DNA of 64,000 nt from an uncultured Alistipes sp. (GCA_944321185.1 CALUKH010000001.1:54896-118895), one strand, 5' to 3'. Positions 47,261 to 57,319 are shown, numbered from the stretch's first letter. Program-made: numbers and translations. Notes: generated by a model not told the origin, from the sequence alone.

Positions 47261-49540
47261 TCAGATCAACTCCTTGTTTCCGGTCGGCGGCGTATCGGCA
47301 TTGTCGAGGAAATCCGTCCGCTCCATCTCCCGGCGGTAGCGCTCGTAGACCGAACGGCAGGCCTCGATCTCGTCGCCCGAGGGCTCGGTGGGATACTCCT
47401 CGTGACCGAAGGTCCACTGCCACTCCCACTCCTTGCACTCCTCGAGGAAGCGTTTGTAGGCCTCGGCATCCATCGTGCAGCCGGCCTGGCGGATCGTCTC
47501 GAAGAAGTGCTTCCAGCGCGGGGCGTAGAACCCGCTCATCAGCCCCGACCAGTGGCGGCAGGCGTAGTCGGCAATGCGGCAGTTCTTGTCGCCCCAGGTC
47601 GTCAGCAGGTTGCGTGCGTTGTGTTCGTAGAGGTCGCTCTCCTCGGGGGTCGTGCCCATGGCGCGGGCGTCGCGCAGCCAGCGGCCCAGCAGGAACTCCT
47701 TCCGGGTGGCCAGCACGCGGTCCAGATCGGCGATGAACGTCAGCATGCGGTCGGCGGCCGCGTTGAAGGCCGTCGTATCGTGGCGTTCGAAGGCGTGGGC
47801 CACCTCCTGCTGGAGGATCGTCGCGTAGTTGGCCATCACCTGCCGCGTGAGGTCGGTCAGATCGTAGCGGAAACCGTCGCTGGCGGCCAGCGTGTCGGCG
47901 CAGGCGATCATGCGGTCCCACGCCTCGACGAGTGTCCGGTTGCGGTAGTGAGGGCGGACGTTGGTCGTGCCGCCGGGGTTGAGCTGCAGCGTCGGACGTC
48001 CGGTGAGGATCGATTCGTTGCCGCCGTTGGTGAGGTCGTTCTCGAAGACCGTCGGCAGCATTCCGTTCCAGGCGGCGATGGCCGTTTCGGAGCGCTGGCC
48101 GTAACGCTGCGTGGTGTATTCGGCAACGAATTCACCGAGATCGATCGGTTCGTCGCGCCAGACGTTCTCGAGGAACAGCGCATAGATGAACGGCGTCTGC
48201 TCGATGCCCTCCATCGTCAGACCGATGCCGCGCAGGTTGCGCGAGGCGGGGTCGTGAAGCGCTTCGGCCGGGTCGTGGGCCACGCTGCGGGCATTGCCCG
48301 AGAAGTTGAGGTTCTGGCCGAAGTTGTGGAGCATGCACCACAGCCAGGGCTTGCCGTCATAGGCGTTGGTCTGCTTCCAGATGGGGAAGCGTTCGCTCCA
48401 GAGGTCGAGGATGATCATCCGCTCGTCGGGCACGGACGAGAGCAGTGCCTCGATCTGCTTGTCGCCCCAGAACTCCCGGTCGTGGTAGAAGAGCCAGCCC
48501 TGCATGACCCACGTGGCCTCGGGATCGCTCTCGCACATCGAATCGAAGACCTTGCGGCTGATCTGGCTCAGATAGGTCGAATCGGAGGTCGGCGGGAGGT
48601 TTTCGTTGAACGTGTCGGCCGAATAGAGGTGGTTCGTGCCGTAGAGACGGGTCTGTTCGTCGATGAACATCGAGCCGATCTGCGTGAAGAGCTCCTCGTC
48701 GGGGTCGAGGATGCTGACCTCGGGGAATTCGACCCACGAGGTGTGACGCACCCGGGCCTCGGGGAAGTGTTCGGAGAAGGTCGGGGGAACGTGTCCCGTG
48801 AAGGCCGGCAGCACGGGCGTCATGCCCAGGGCGCGTTCGTTGGCGAGGATGAAGTGCTGCAACTGCTCGTGGCGGTCGATGAACGACTGCGGCAGGGGGC
48901 CTCCCCAGCCGTCGAGGTTGCCCATCCAGAACCAGTTGAAGTAGGCCGGGCCGCTGAAGAAGCTCTTCAGCTCGTCGTCCGAGAATCCCAGCCGGCGGTA
49001 GACGCGCTGCCAGACGGTGTTCTGGCCCGTGACGGCCAGCGGCATGTTGATGCCGTTCATGGCCATGAAGTCGATTTCGCGCTGCCAGCGGGTTTCGTCC
49101 CACCAGCTCATCGTGTAGTTGAACGTGCAGTAGTTCAGGTAGTAACGGTATTTGTAGGGCGACGTTCGTTCGATGCGTTCGGTGGGGATGGGGAGCTCCT
49201 CGGGCAGGTTGAGGTTCGTGCCGCACCACGTGATCTGACAGTTGCAGCAGTGGCCCAGATAGTACTTCAGGGCGCTGGCGGCCGATACGCCGTTGTTGCC
49301 TTCGAGGACGATGCGGTCGTTGCGGCCGTAGAGGGCGAAGTAGTCGCGGTCGTGCTTCTGGCGGCCGGTGATTTCGATGTCGAAGTAGGGGGCATACTCC
49401 TCCCCGACGACCCGTTCGACGAGCCCGCGGACGGCTTCACGCTGTTCGTCGGCCGTGTAGACGCTCTTCGGCGTGCGGTGGCACGAGGTGCTCAGCAGCA
49501 TACCGAGGAGCAGGGTGAAAAGGATGGTTCTTGGTTTCAT
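47261..49540 (-). CDS. GH89 alpha-N-acetylglucosaminidase (lipoprotein)
   Basis: RYYLNYCTFNY, W.WMGNL.GWGGPL, DTFNE and MEGIE catalytic Glu motifs, DYACRHWSGL. Confidence 0.95.
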   Translation of the reverse strand: MKPRTILFTLLLGMLLSTSCHRTPKSVYTADEQREAVRGLVERVVGEEYAPYFDIEITGRQKHDRDYFALYGRNDRIVLEGNNGVSAASALKYYLGHCCNCQITWCGTNLNLPEELPIPTERIERTSPYKYRYYLNYCTFNYTMSWWDETRWQREIDFMAMNGINMPLAVTGQNTVWQRVYRRLGFSDDELKSFFSGPAYFNWFWMGNLDGWGGPLPQSFIDRHEQLQHFILANERALGMTPVLPAFTGHVPPTFSEHFPEARVRHTSWVEFPEVSILDPDEELFTQIGSMFIDEQTRLYGTNHLYSADTFNENLPPTSDSTYLSQISRKVFDSMCESDPEATWVMQGWLFYHDREFWGDKQIEALLSSVPDERMIILDLWSERFPIWKQTNAYDGKPWLWCMLHNFGQNLNFSGNARSVAHDPAEALHDPASRNLRGIGLTMEGIEQTPFIYALFLENVWRDEPIDLGEFVAEYTTQRYGQRSETAIAAWNGMLPTVFENDLTNGGNESILTGRPTLQLNPGGTTNVRPHYRNRTLVEAWDRMIACADTLAASDGFRYDLTDLTRQVMANYATILQQEVAHAFERHDTTAFNAAADRMLTFIADLDRVLATRKEFLLGRWLRDARAMGTTPEESDLYEHNARNLLTTWGDKNCRIADYACRHWSGLMSGFYAPRWKHFFETIRQAGCTMDAEAYKRFLEECKEWEWQWTFGHEEYPTEPSGDEIEACRSVYERYRREMERTDFLDNADTPPTGNKELI

Positions 49541-49567
49541 GCGAGGTTTTATGCGTGGCTGTATGGG

Positions 49568-51730
49568 TTATTCGATCGAGGCGATCAACTGACGGGCCGC
49601 TTCGATCGGATCGTCGTAGGGTTGCGTCGCGGTGCGACGGGGCGATTGGATCCACTCCTCCTCCCAGGCATCGAGCCGTTCGGGGTGTTCCGAGAAGTAG
49701 ATCTTGAGGCGCGGGATGTAGTAGTCGCGGATCAGTCCGCTCCAGAAGCGGGCCGCATAATCCTCCTGGAATCCGCCCCAGGTGGTGATCAGACGCAGGG
49801 CGTTCGCCGTGTAACGCTGCCGCAGCGAATCCGTCGGGGCCGCCTTTTCGGCATATCCGACCCATTCGTCGAGGCGGTAGACGGGGTGCGAATCCAGCAG
49901 TCGGTCGGCCTCCGTCAGCAGTTCGATACAGCGGTCCAGCTCCTCGGCAGCCTTCGTGCGGTTGCCCGCCTCGCGGGCCTCACGGGCCACGGTGTAGTGA
50001 CGGTCGGCGACCTCGCCGAGCCAGAGTGCCGCGAACTCGAGGGCATCGTTGCGGTAGAGCGGCGATGTGGCATAACGGTCGGCGCCGTCGAGGAAGGGCT
50101 TCACGGCCTGTCCGAAGTCATCGTTCAACGCATGGCCGTTCGGACGGCGCGAATCGGGATCGACCGTCTGCCACGTGAAGCGCGGGTAGGAGTAGAGCGA
50201 AGCGTAGACACTGCGGCGCAGCAGCTGCCAGGCCGCCAGCATCGTCGAGTCGCAGCCTCCGTAACGGGCCGTGCAGTAGCTCTCCGTCCAGCGGTCGAGA
50301 TCGATGGCCTGACGGCTCCAGCCCATGTCGCCCAGCAGTTCGTAGACCACCTCGTTGTTTTCGATTCCCTCGGGAGCCGAGCCGAATCCGACCAGCGTGC
50401 GGGCGGCCGGCGATTCGAGCGCCTCGACCGATCCCGAGGCATACATGGCCAGATCGCCCGTCGGGAGGGTCTTCCCGCCGAAATTCGGGACGTAGCTGTA
50501 GATCCACTGTTTGCCGTAGAAACCGTCGTGGACTTTCCACGTCTGTTCGGTGTGCCAGATCCATTTGGGGTAGTCGTTACCGAGGTCGATGATGATCAGG
50601 TCGCGGTCGGGGACGCGGCTCAGCAGGGCCTGAAGGCTTTCGCGGTCCCAGAAGTCGTGCTGATAGCCGAACGTCCAGCCCTGGGTGACCCACACGGCGT
50701 CGGGATCGCCGGCCTTGATCGAACGGTGGATGGCCTGGCCGTAGTCGGCCAGCAGGCGGTGTTTGGCGGCCGTGTCGGCCGGATCGATCGGGAGCTTCAT
50801 CTCGTTGAAGCTGTCCGAGAGGAAGTAGCGGGCCTTGCCGAATTCGGCCTCCCACTCCTGGATGAACAGGGCGCCGATCTTCTCGAACCACGGCGAATCG
50901 GGGGCCAGCACGCAGGCGTTGTATTCGGAGGGGAATCCGCCCCATTCGAGACGGTTGTAGGTGACGTCGGGATGGCGGGCGAGGAAGGCCGGCGGGACGA
51001 ATCCCGCGAAGGCCGGTGCCACGGGCTCCATGCCGAGTTCATGCATGCGGTCGAGGATGCGGTGCTGGAGTTCGAGCTGTGCCTCGTGCCAGCTTTCGGG
51101 CAGCGGGCCGTCGAAACCGTTGAGGTTGCCCATGCGGTGCCAGGGGAGATGGGCGGCACCGGTGAAGAACGAGTCGATCTCCTCTTCGGTGAGGCCCAGT
51201 TTGAGCCAGACGCGGCGGGCGATGGCCTCGCTGGCGACGGTGGCCAGCGGCAGATTGACGCCGTGCAGGGCCATCCAGTCCAGCTCTTTGGACCAGCGCT
51301 CCCAGTCCCAGTAGGGAGTCGTGTATCCGAACGTAACGACGTTGAGGAAGTAGCGCAGCCGGTAGGGCGATGTGCCCTGCTCTTCGTAGTCGGGCCAGCG
51401 GTCGGTGAGGGGGAGGTTTTTGCCGCTCCAGGTGACCATCGAATGGCAGGCCTCCTTCAGATAGCGGTTGAAGGCATAGCAGAGGGCCGTGACGCTGCTG
51501 CCCTCGATGCGCAGACGGCCCTCCGAAGCGTGGATGGCGTAGCGATCGAGCGAGTCGGCCGTGGTGACGAGCCGTAGATCCAGCTTCTCGGCCGGGCGTT
51601 CGATGGTGCGTTCGATGACGGCTCGGGCGGCCTCCGTGGCGTTGTTTTTCGGGGATGTGCAGCCCGCAGCGAGGCTCACGAGGGCCGTTGCGGCGAGCAG
51701 GATCACTCCTTTTTTGAGGTTGAATTTCAT
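49568..51730 (-). CDS. GH89 alpha-N-acetylglucosaminidase (lipoprotein), second paralog
   Basis: ATG 51730; RYFLNVVTFGY, WHRMGNL, DSFNEM and APEGIENN motifs, DYAARFWSGL. Confidence 0.95.
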   Translation of the reverse strand: MKFNLKKGVILLAATALVSLAAGCTSPKNNATEAARAVIERTIERPAEKLDLRLVTTADSLDRYAIHASEGRLRIEGSSVTALCYAFNRYLKEACHSMVTWSGKNLPLTDRWPDYEEQGTSPYRLRYFLNVVTFGYTTPYWDWERWSKELDWMALHGVNLPLATVASEAIARRVWLKLGLTEEEIDSFFTGAAHLPWHRMGNLNGFDGPLPESWHEAQLELQHRILDRMHELGMEPVAPAFAGFVPPAFLARHPDVTYNRLEWGGFPSEYNACVLAPDSPWFEKIGALFIQEWEAEFGKARYFLSDSFNEMKLPIDPADTAAKHRLLADYGQAIHRSIKAGDPDAVWVTQGWTFGYQHDFWDRESLQALLSRVPDRDLIIIDLGNDYPKWIWHTEQTWKVHDGFYGKQWIYSYVPNFGGKTLPTGDLAMYASGSVEALESPAARTLVGFGSAPEGIENNEVVYELLGDMGWSRQAIDLDRWTESYCTARYGGCDSTMLAAWQLLRRSVYASLYSYPRFTWQTVDPDSRRPNGHALNDDFGQAVKPFLDGADRYATSPLYRNDALEFAALWLGEVADRHYTVAREAREAGNRTKAAEELDRCIELLTEADRLLDSHPVYRLDEWVGYAEKAAPTDSLRQRYTANALRLITTWGGFQEDYAARFWSGLIRDYYIPRLKIYFSEHPERLDAWEEEWIQSPRRTATQPYDDPIEAARQLIASIE

Positions 51731-51804
51731 GAAAGGTGGTTTGGGTGGTGATAGGTGAATGTTGCAGGAGCCGCCTCCGGAGATCCGGCTGACGGTCCGG
51801 ATGA

Positions 51805-51836
51805 AGAAATTGCCGACCATAAAGCCGGCAATTTCT
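51805..51836 (-). terminator. Intra-PUL hairpin between surface-protein and enzyme genes
   Basis: agaaattgccg-10 nt-cggcaatttct. Confidence 0.55.
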
Positions 51837-51869
51837 CATTTTCGGACCGAAGTCCGTCGCCGCGAGTGC

Positions 51870-53144
51870 TTACTCGATCTCCTCGCACTGAACCTTGATG
51901 TTCAGATAGACGGGTTTGCCGAAGAGATCCTCGGCCAGCGTCTGGTCGATGCGTCCGTCGACGAACGTATCCTTGTCGTCGTAGAGCTGCGAGATCTGCA
52001 TCAGACCGTAGTAGTAGACGGGATTCTCCTCCGTACCGCGCTTCGAACGGCAGATGATGTAGTCACCGGCGCGGAAATTCTCCTCGAGAGCGGCCGTGGC
52101 CGTATGACCGGCGTTGGTCCAGCGGCGCAGATAGGTCTGGAGTGTGAGGCTCGTGGGCTCGTCAACCACACCGAGGGTGCTGTTGTCCAGGTCGCGCTGC
52201 AGGGCGCCCAGCTGCCAGAAGGCACGCATCTTGTCGGCCGTGGTCGAGGCCTTGGAGTCGATGCTGATGAAGAGTTTGTCGATGTAGGTGTAGAGTTCGG
52301 CATTGTAGTCTTCGCCGATCCACGAACCGGCAACGCGGTAGAACTGGAAGTCATAGTCGATGTTGGCATCCTTGATACCGTGTCCGTTCACCTCGTAGAG
52401 GTCGCACTGACGGCCCGTCGTTCCGCCGCCCAGCGACGAGGCGCGCAGCGACGAGAACATGTAACCGCGCTGGCTGCCGATGTAGGCGTTGTTCTTCGTG
52501 TTCTGGAGCACGTTGAGGAAGCACATGCTGCCGTTCAGACCATCCACCGAGCGGAGTTCCGACAGCGAGAGGATGTGCTTCACCTCGCCGTTGATCTTCA
52601 CGCCGTGCATCGAGAAGAACGACTTGGTGTCCGAACCGGCACCGGTGCCCTCTTCGGGATAGGTTTCGGGGTCGTTGTCATGCGTGGCGACCTTGTAGTC
52701 GGCATAGAGGGCGGCCGTTTCGTTCATCCAGACCGTGCCCTTCGAATCGCCCGTCACGCCGTCGCTGATGGGATAGTAGGTCGTGTAGCTCTGCGAGCCG
52801 GCGAGGAGTTTGACCTCGATGGCGGTGATCTCCTTCGAGTCGGGGAAGAAGAGGACGTCGATCGTGTTGCCGTCGAGCTGGAAGGTCTGCGGGTCGCCGG
52901 CGGGGGTGTAGGCACCTTCGGCGCCCTTGACACCGGTCATCACGCAGCTGGTCAGTGTGCTTTGGGTCTCGACCGAGGCCTTGAAGGAGATGGGTTCGCC
53001 ATAGGCGAGCGACGAGGGCAGCGCATCGGAGAGGGTGATGGTGGCATCGAACGTCGAAGGTTCACCTTCGTTGTCGTCATCCTTGCACGACGTGGCGGTG
53101 AAGGCAAGCAGCAATGAGGCTGCGAACATTGCAAATTTTTTCAT
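51870..53144 (-). CDS. Surface lipoprotein of unknown function (candidate substrate-binding protein)
   Basis: Lipobox ATSC-KDDDNE; located within SusC/D locus; no catalytic motif recognised. Confidence 0.72.
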   Translation of the reverse strand: MKKFAMFAASLLLAFTATSCKDDDNEGEPSTFDATITLSDALPSSLAYGEPISFKASVETQSTLTSCVMTGVKGAEGAYTPAGDPQTFQLDGNTIDVLFFPDSKEITAIEVKLLAGSQSYTTYYPISDGVTGDSKGTVWMNETAALYADYKVATHDNDPETYPEEGTGAGSDTKSFFSMHGVKINGEVKHILSLSELRSVDGLNGSMCFLNVLQNTKNNAYIGSQRGYMFSSLRASSLGGGTTGRQCDLYEVNGHGIKDANIDYDFQFYRVAGSWIGEDYNAELYTYIDKLFISIDSKASTTADKMRAFWQLGALQRDLDNSTLGVVDEPTSLTLQTYLRRWTNAGHTATAALEENFRAGDYIICRSKRGTEENPVYYYGLMQISQLYDDKDTFVDGRIDQTLAEDLFGKPVYLNIKVQCEEIE

Positions 53145-53221
53145 CTTGTTTAATTTTTAAGGTGAGTTGGGTTTTTTGTACTTTTTTTGTTGGTAGCAGG
53201 TTGCATCAGCAGGTTGATTGT

Positions 53222-54007
53222 TCATTCTCCGAGCGAGACCTCCGAGATCACGGGCCGGTGGTCCGAGAGATCGGAATCGGAGCAGGTAACGGTCCGTTTC
53301 AGCTCGAGGGGCCGGGGGCCGCGGTAGAAGATGTGATCGATCTTGATCGTGGGCTTTTGTGTCGGGTAGGTCGGTTCGGAGTTGGTCAGGGGCATCCATC
53401 CGTCGGAGGTGAGCCGCCGGATTTCGGCGCTTTCGGGGTCGGCGTTCATGTCGCCGGCCAGGAAGGTCGGGTAGGGCGTGCGGGCGAAGTAGGCGTTGAT
53501 GAATCCGGCCTGTTCGTGGCGGGCCTCCGGCGAGGTGACCTCGAGGTGGGTGCAGGCGAAGGTGACCGTGCCGCGGTCGGGCATCTCGACGTCGACGACC
53601 AGCATCACGCGCTGTTCGGCCTTTCCGTCATGGGGCAGCAGCACGCGTTCGACGCGGATGATCGGATACTTGCTCAGGATGCCGATTCCGTAGTATCCGC
53701 CCATATAGTCGAGGGCCTTTCCGTAGGCGGTGAACATGCCGGTGATCTGTCCCAGTTCGTTGACGAATCGGACGTGGTGCTGTTTCGGGGCGCGGGTGCG
53801 CACGGTGTTCCAGTCACACTCCTGAAGGGCCACCAGGTCGGGATCCTTCCCGGCGATGTACTCGCCGATCTGCTGCATCGAGGCCAGTTCGCCGAAGCGG
53901 AGGTTGTAGCTCATGATGCGCAGGTCACGCTCCTGGGCGGCCAGTACGCCGTGGAACAGCACCGCGCCGGCCAGCACAAGGAGGGTTTTCATCAGTTTTG
54001 ATTTCAT
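53222..54007 (-). CDS. EEP-family phosphoesterase, secreted
   Basis: RIMSYN, ALQECD, CTHL, AGDMN, IDHIF, SDHRP all intact. Confidence 0.92.
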   Translation of the reverse strand: MKSKLMKTLLVLAGAVLFHGVLAAQERDLRIMSYNLRFGELASMQQIGEYIAGKDPDLVALQECDWNTVRTRAPKQHHVRFVNELGQITGMFTAYGKALDYMGGYYGIGILSKYPIIRVERVLLPHDGKAEQRVMLVVDVEMPDRGTVTFACTHLEVTSPEARHEQAGFINAYFARTPYPTFLAGDMNADPESAEIRRLTSDGWMPLTNSEPTYPTQKPTIKIDHIFYRGPRPLELKRTVTCSDSDLSDHRPVISEVSLGE

Positions 54008-54020
54008 TCCGTAAGTCGGG

Positions 54021-54821
54021 TTAGAGTTTTTCGATCGTTAGACTGTAATAGGGCAGAGCGGCTTCCGTACGGGCCTCGAGGCTGCGGCAGACGAAGCCCA
54101 CGGGCGTGAGGACGAACAGATCGTAGGTCGTCGACGAACTGCCGGCAAAGACGATGCGGTAGTTCTTGAGGTTCCAGCGGAGCCACTCCTCGACGTCGGC
54201 CTTCACCTCGTTGCGGATCGAACCGACGACGATACCCGTGGTCTGCAGCACGCTGCTGCGTTGGGCGACGAGGGTTTCGAAGGCTGCCCGATCCTCGAAG
54301 CGCGAGGTGTATACGGTGGTTGTGGTGGGCTGGGCGAGCGGCGCCGAGAAGGTGCATCCCGACGTGCGGAGCGAACCCTCCCAGACGGCATCGAAGGCCT
54401 CGACCAACTGCCGCGTGACGATACCCGTGCCCTTCACCGCATCGGACGTCTGTTCGGTCTGTGCGAAGAGCGAGTAGCTGCGCGTGGCCAGCCCGATCTC
54501 GACCTGCGGCAGGGGTTCGCCCAGGCGGAAGTCCGAACGCTCGAAGAGGTAGAGTGTCTGCACGGGGCTGGCCTGATTGATGAAGGAGGTCAGCGCCGCG
54601 GGCTCCTGCGAGGCGAAGAGCGGCTGATCGGTCAGCGTCGTGAAGCAGGTGATGCGCAGCAGATTGGCCGAGTTGATCGCCTCGGGCGGTTCCGGAGCGA
54701 CGTATTCGTTTTGCGATTCGTCGGGCGAGGGGGTTGCCCCTTCGTCGGACGACGACTCGGAGCAGGCGGCCATGAGGGCGGCCGTTCCGAACAACCAGAG
54801 CAGCAAGCGGTTCGTTTTCAT
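54021..54821 (-). CDS. Lipoprotein, probable catalytically inactive EEP-fold protein
   Basis: Lipobox MAAC-SESSSDE; segment order parallels flanking EEPs but catalytic residues are missing; start 54821 (or 54839). Confidence 0.62.
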   Translation of the reverse strand: MKTNRLLLWLFGTAALMAACSESSSDEGATPSPDESQNEYVAPEPPEAINSANLLRITCFTTLTDQPLFASQEPAALTSFINQASPVQTLYLFERSDFRLGEPLPQVEIGLATRSYSLFAQTEQTSDAVKGTGIVTRQLVEAFDAVWEGSLRTSGCTFSAPLAQPTTTTVYTSRFEDRAAFETLVAQRSSVLQTTGIVVGSIRNEVKADVEEWLRWNLKNYRIVFAGSSSTTYDLFVLTPVGFVCRSLEARTEAALPYYSLTIEKL

Positions 54822-54825
54822 GGCA

Positions 54826-55608
54826 TTATTCGGCTTCATAGGTCAAATCGGCGATCAGGGCGCAGTGGTCCGAGAGCGAGGGCTGGGCATCGATCTTGAA
54901 GGTCTGGCAGGTCCAGTGTTTGGGGAATCCCATGATGTAGTCCAGCCGGCGGTTGGGGCCGCTCGAGGGGATGGTGAAGTCGGTCGTACCGCCCAGATTC
55001 TGCCAGTTGATGCGGGCGTAGGAGATCGTGTTGCTGTCGGGCGTGGCGTTGAAGTCTCCGGCCAGGATGGTCGGAGTCTCGGTGTCGGCGAGCAATTCCT
55101 TGTTGTAGTCGGCGAGGTTCTTCACGCGCAGGTCCTCCGACTCGACGGCCAGATGGACCGATGCCACGCGCACCGTCCCGCCGCCGGGCAGCTGGATGCA
55201 GACCCATCCGCAGGCCCGGGGTTCGTTGGCCCCCTCGGGCGAGGAGATCACGCGTCCGGCCTTGAAATAGGGATACTTGCTCAGGATGGCCACCCCGAAG
55301 CCGCCGCCCTGGTAGGTGAACGATTTGGCGTAGTAGGGGAACATCCCCACTCCGGCGGCGATTTCGGTCAGCAGGTCCTTGTTTCCGTTGCGCGAGGTGA
55401 AGTTGTCCATCTCCTGGAGCAGCACCACGTCAGGATTGTACTGCCGGATGAAATCCACGTAGGGCTGAGCCTTGTAGGCGGCATAGGATCCGCCCTCCTT
55501 CATGTTGAGCGACAGCACGCGGAGCGACAGCGTCTGCTGGGCGGCAACTCCCTGGGGAATTGCCGCGCCCAGCAGCATGACTGTAAGGATGCAGAGGATT
55601 CGTTTCAT
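54826..55608 (-). CDS. EEP-family phosphoesterase, secreted
   Basis: RVLSLN, LLQEMD, SVHL, AGDFN, LDYIM, SDHCA all intact. Confidence 0.92.
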   Translation of the reverse strand: MKRILCILTVMLLGAAIPQGVAAQQTLSLRVLSLNMKEGGSYAAYKAQPYVDFIRQYNPDVVLLQEMDNFTSRNGNKDLLTEIAAGVGMFPYYAKSFTYQGGGFGVAILSKYPYFKAGRVISSPEGANEPRACGWVCIQLPGGGTVRVASVHLAVESEDLRVKNLADYNKELLADTETPTILAGDFNATPDSNTISYARINWQNLGGTTDFTIPSSGPNRRLDYIMGFPKHWTCQTFKIDAQPSLSDHCALIADLTYEAE

Positions 55609-55630
55609 GATATGCGGTACGATTGATCGA

Positions 55631-57319
55631 TCAGTTCCATCCCGGGTTGTTCGGGAGCAGGTTGGGGTTGAGCTGCGACTGCTTGAAGGGGACCGAGAGC
55701 AGGTAGTGCTTCGGGTCGACGAACGTACGTCCGGTCTCGATGACCAGATACTCCTCGCCGTCGACGTTCTTCCAGGTCAGGTCGTCGAGACTGGACGACA
55801 GACGCGACTGGTCGAGCCAGCTGCGTTTGACGCCGAGCAGATCCTCGCCCAGACGTGCGCCCTCCTTCCAGCGGATGAGGTCGAAGTAGCGGTGACCCTC
55901 GAAGAAGAGTTCGACGCGGCGTTCGCGGCGGATTTCGGTGCGCAGGTCCGAGCCCTGGGGCAGCTTGTCCAGGTCGAGGTGAACCATGCCGACGCGGTCG
56001 CGCAGCTTGTTGATCGTGCGGTCGAGGTCGTCCTGGGTGACGCTGCCGAGCTGCTCCTTGGCTTCGATGTAGTTGAGCAGCACCTCAGCATAGCGGAGAA
56101 TGATGATGTCGTTGTCGTCGTGGCTGACGCTGCTGACCGTGCTCGGCTCGACATACTTGGTGAGGTAGTATCCCGAGTAGGTCATGCAGCCCGAACGCAT
56201 GTTGACCAGCAGCGGGTAGGTGAACAGCTTGGGGTCGTCGTTGTTGATGTCGCCGCCGACACCGCCCTCCCACGCCGAGCCGGGCTGGAGGATCGACTGC
56301 GTCATGCGCGGATCGCGGTGTTCGAAGACCTCCTCGTAGGTCGACACCGACGACGGATCCCAGATTTCGCCCTCATCGGTCAGATAGGATTCGATGGTCG
56401 ACTTGGTCGGCACGAAACGCGAGTAGTCGTTCGGCACCCAGATTTCGCGCGAGAGGTTGTGCGACGTGCGGGCATCCTCGCCCAGGCTGTAGTTGTAGAC
56501 GAAGGCCAGCAGGGTTTCGTGGTTGTTGGCGTTGCGCGAGGCGCGGCCCGTGTAGTTGAACAGGTTCTTGTAGTCGACATCGGGGTTTCCGGTCGAGTAG
56601 AGCGTGTAGTAGGTCGAGGCCATGGCGCGTTCGGCGGCATCGACGGCATCGGCCCAGCGTTCGTTGTAGAGGTAGATGCGCGAGAGCAGGGCCAGGGCGG
56701 CGGTCTGCGAGACGCGTCCGAACTCGTCGCTGCCGGCCTCGATGTATTCGGGCAGGGCGCGGTAGTGGTCCTCGAGATCCTTGGTGATGGCGTCGATGAT
56801 GTCGGAGCGCTTGTCGCGTCCGCGATAGACGTCGGGCGAATCGACGCTCAGCACGTCGGTGATGTAGGGCACGTCGCCGAAGTAGGTGGTCAGCATCCAG
56901 TAGTTGTAGGCGCGGTAGAAGTAGGCCTCGGCGGCGAAACGCTCCTTGACCTCGTCGCTGACGTTGACGGCGCGCTGGTAGTTGTGCAGGAAGTAGTTCG
57001 TACGGCCGATGTAGGTGTAGGACTCCTCCCAGATGGTGTTGATCTGGCTGATGTCGGTGGCGTAGTTGCCGCCGCCGATGGTTCGGAAGGCGGTGGTCAC
57101 GGCCCAGGGGGCGCTGTCGGCCATGGCTTCGGTCATGTTGAGCCAGTATTTGCCGCGCAGCGAGGCGGTGAAGGTGTTGGCGACGCTCTTGACGTGATCC
57201 TCCGTCTGCCAGAAGTTCTCGTCGGAGATCTGGTCGAGGGGATACCGGTCGAGGAAGGCGTCGTTGCACGAGATCGTCAGCGAGGCGGCCAACAGAAGGG
57301 CATATGCTGTTTTTTTCAT
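55631..57319 (-). CDS. SusD/RagB family lipoprotein
   Basis: Lipobox ISC-NDAFLD; AEAYFYRA, FGDVP, LRYAEVLL, ERRVELFFEGHRYFDLIRW, ends NPGWN. Confidence 0.96.
   Translation of the reverse strand: MKKTAYALLLAASLTISCNDAFLDRYPLDQISDENFWQTEDHVKSVANTFTASLRGKYWLNMTEAMADSAPWAVTTAFRTIGGGNYATDISQINTIWEESYTYIGRTNYFLHNYQRAVNVSDEVKERFAAEAYFYRAYNYWMLTTYFGDVPYITDVLSVDSPDVYRGRDKRSDIIDAITKDLEDHYRALPEYIEAGSDEFGRVSQTAALALLSRIYLYNERWADAVDAAERAMASTYYTLYSTGNPDVDYKNLFNYTGRASRNANNHETLLAFVYNYSLGEDARTSHNLSREIWVPNDYSRFVPTKSTIESYLTDEGEIWDPSSVSTYEEVFEHRDPRMTQSILQPGSAWEGGVGGDINNDDPKLFTYPLLVNMRSGCMTYSGYYLTKYVEPSTVSSVSHDDNDIIILRYAEVLLNYIEAKEQLGSVTQDDLDRTINKLRDRVGMVHLDLDKLPQGSDLRTEIRRERRVELFFEGHRYFDLIRWKEGARLGEDLLGVKRSWLDQSRLSSSLDDLTWKNVDGEEYLVIETGRTFVDPKHYLLSVPFKQSQLNPNLLPNNPGWN

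Noticed and set aside
47129-51577. 1482-aa plus-strand ORF, and similar long antisense ORFs (4191-8153, 33642-36209, 57264-60782, 18536-20833)
   Set aside because: Antisense shadows of well-supported genes; GC-rich codon bias removes stops on the opposite strand; no recognisable motifs
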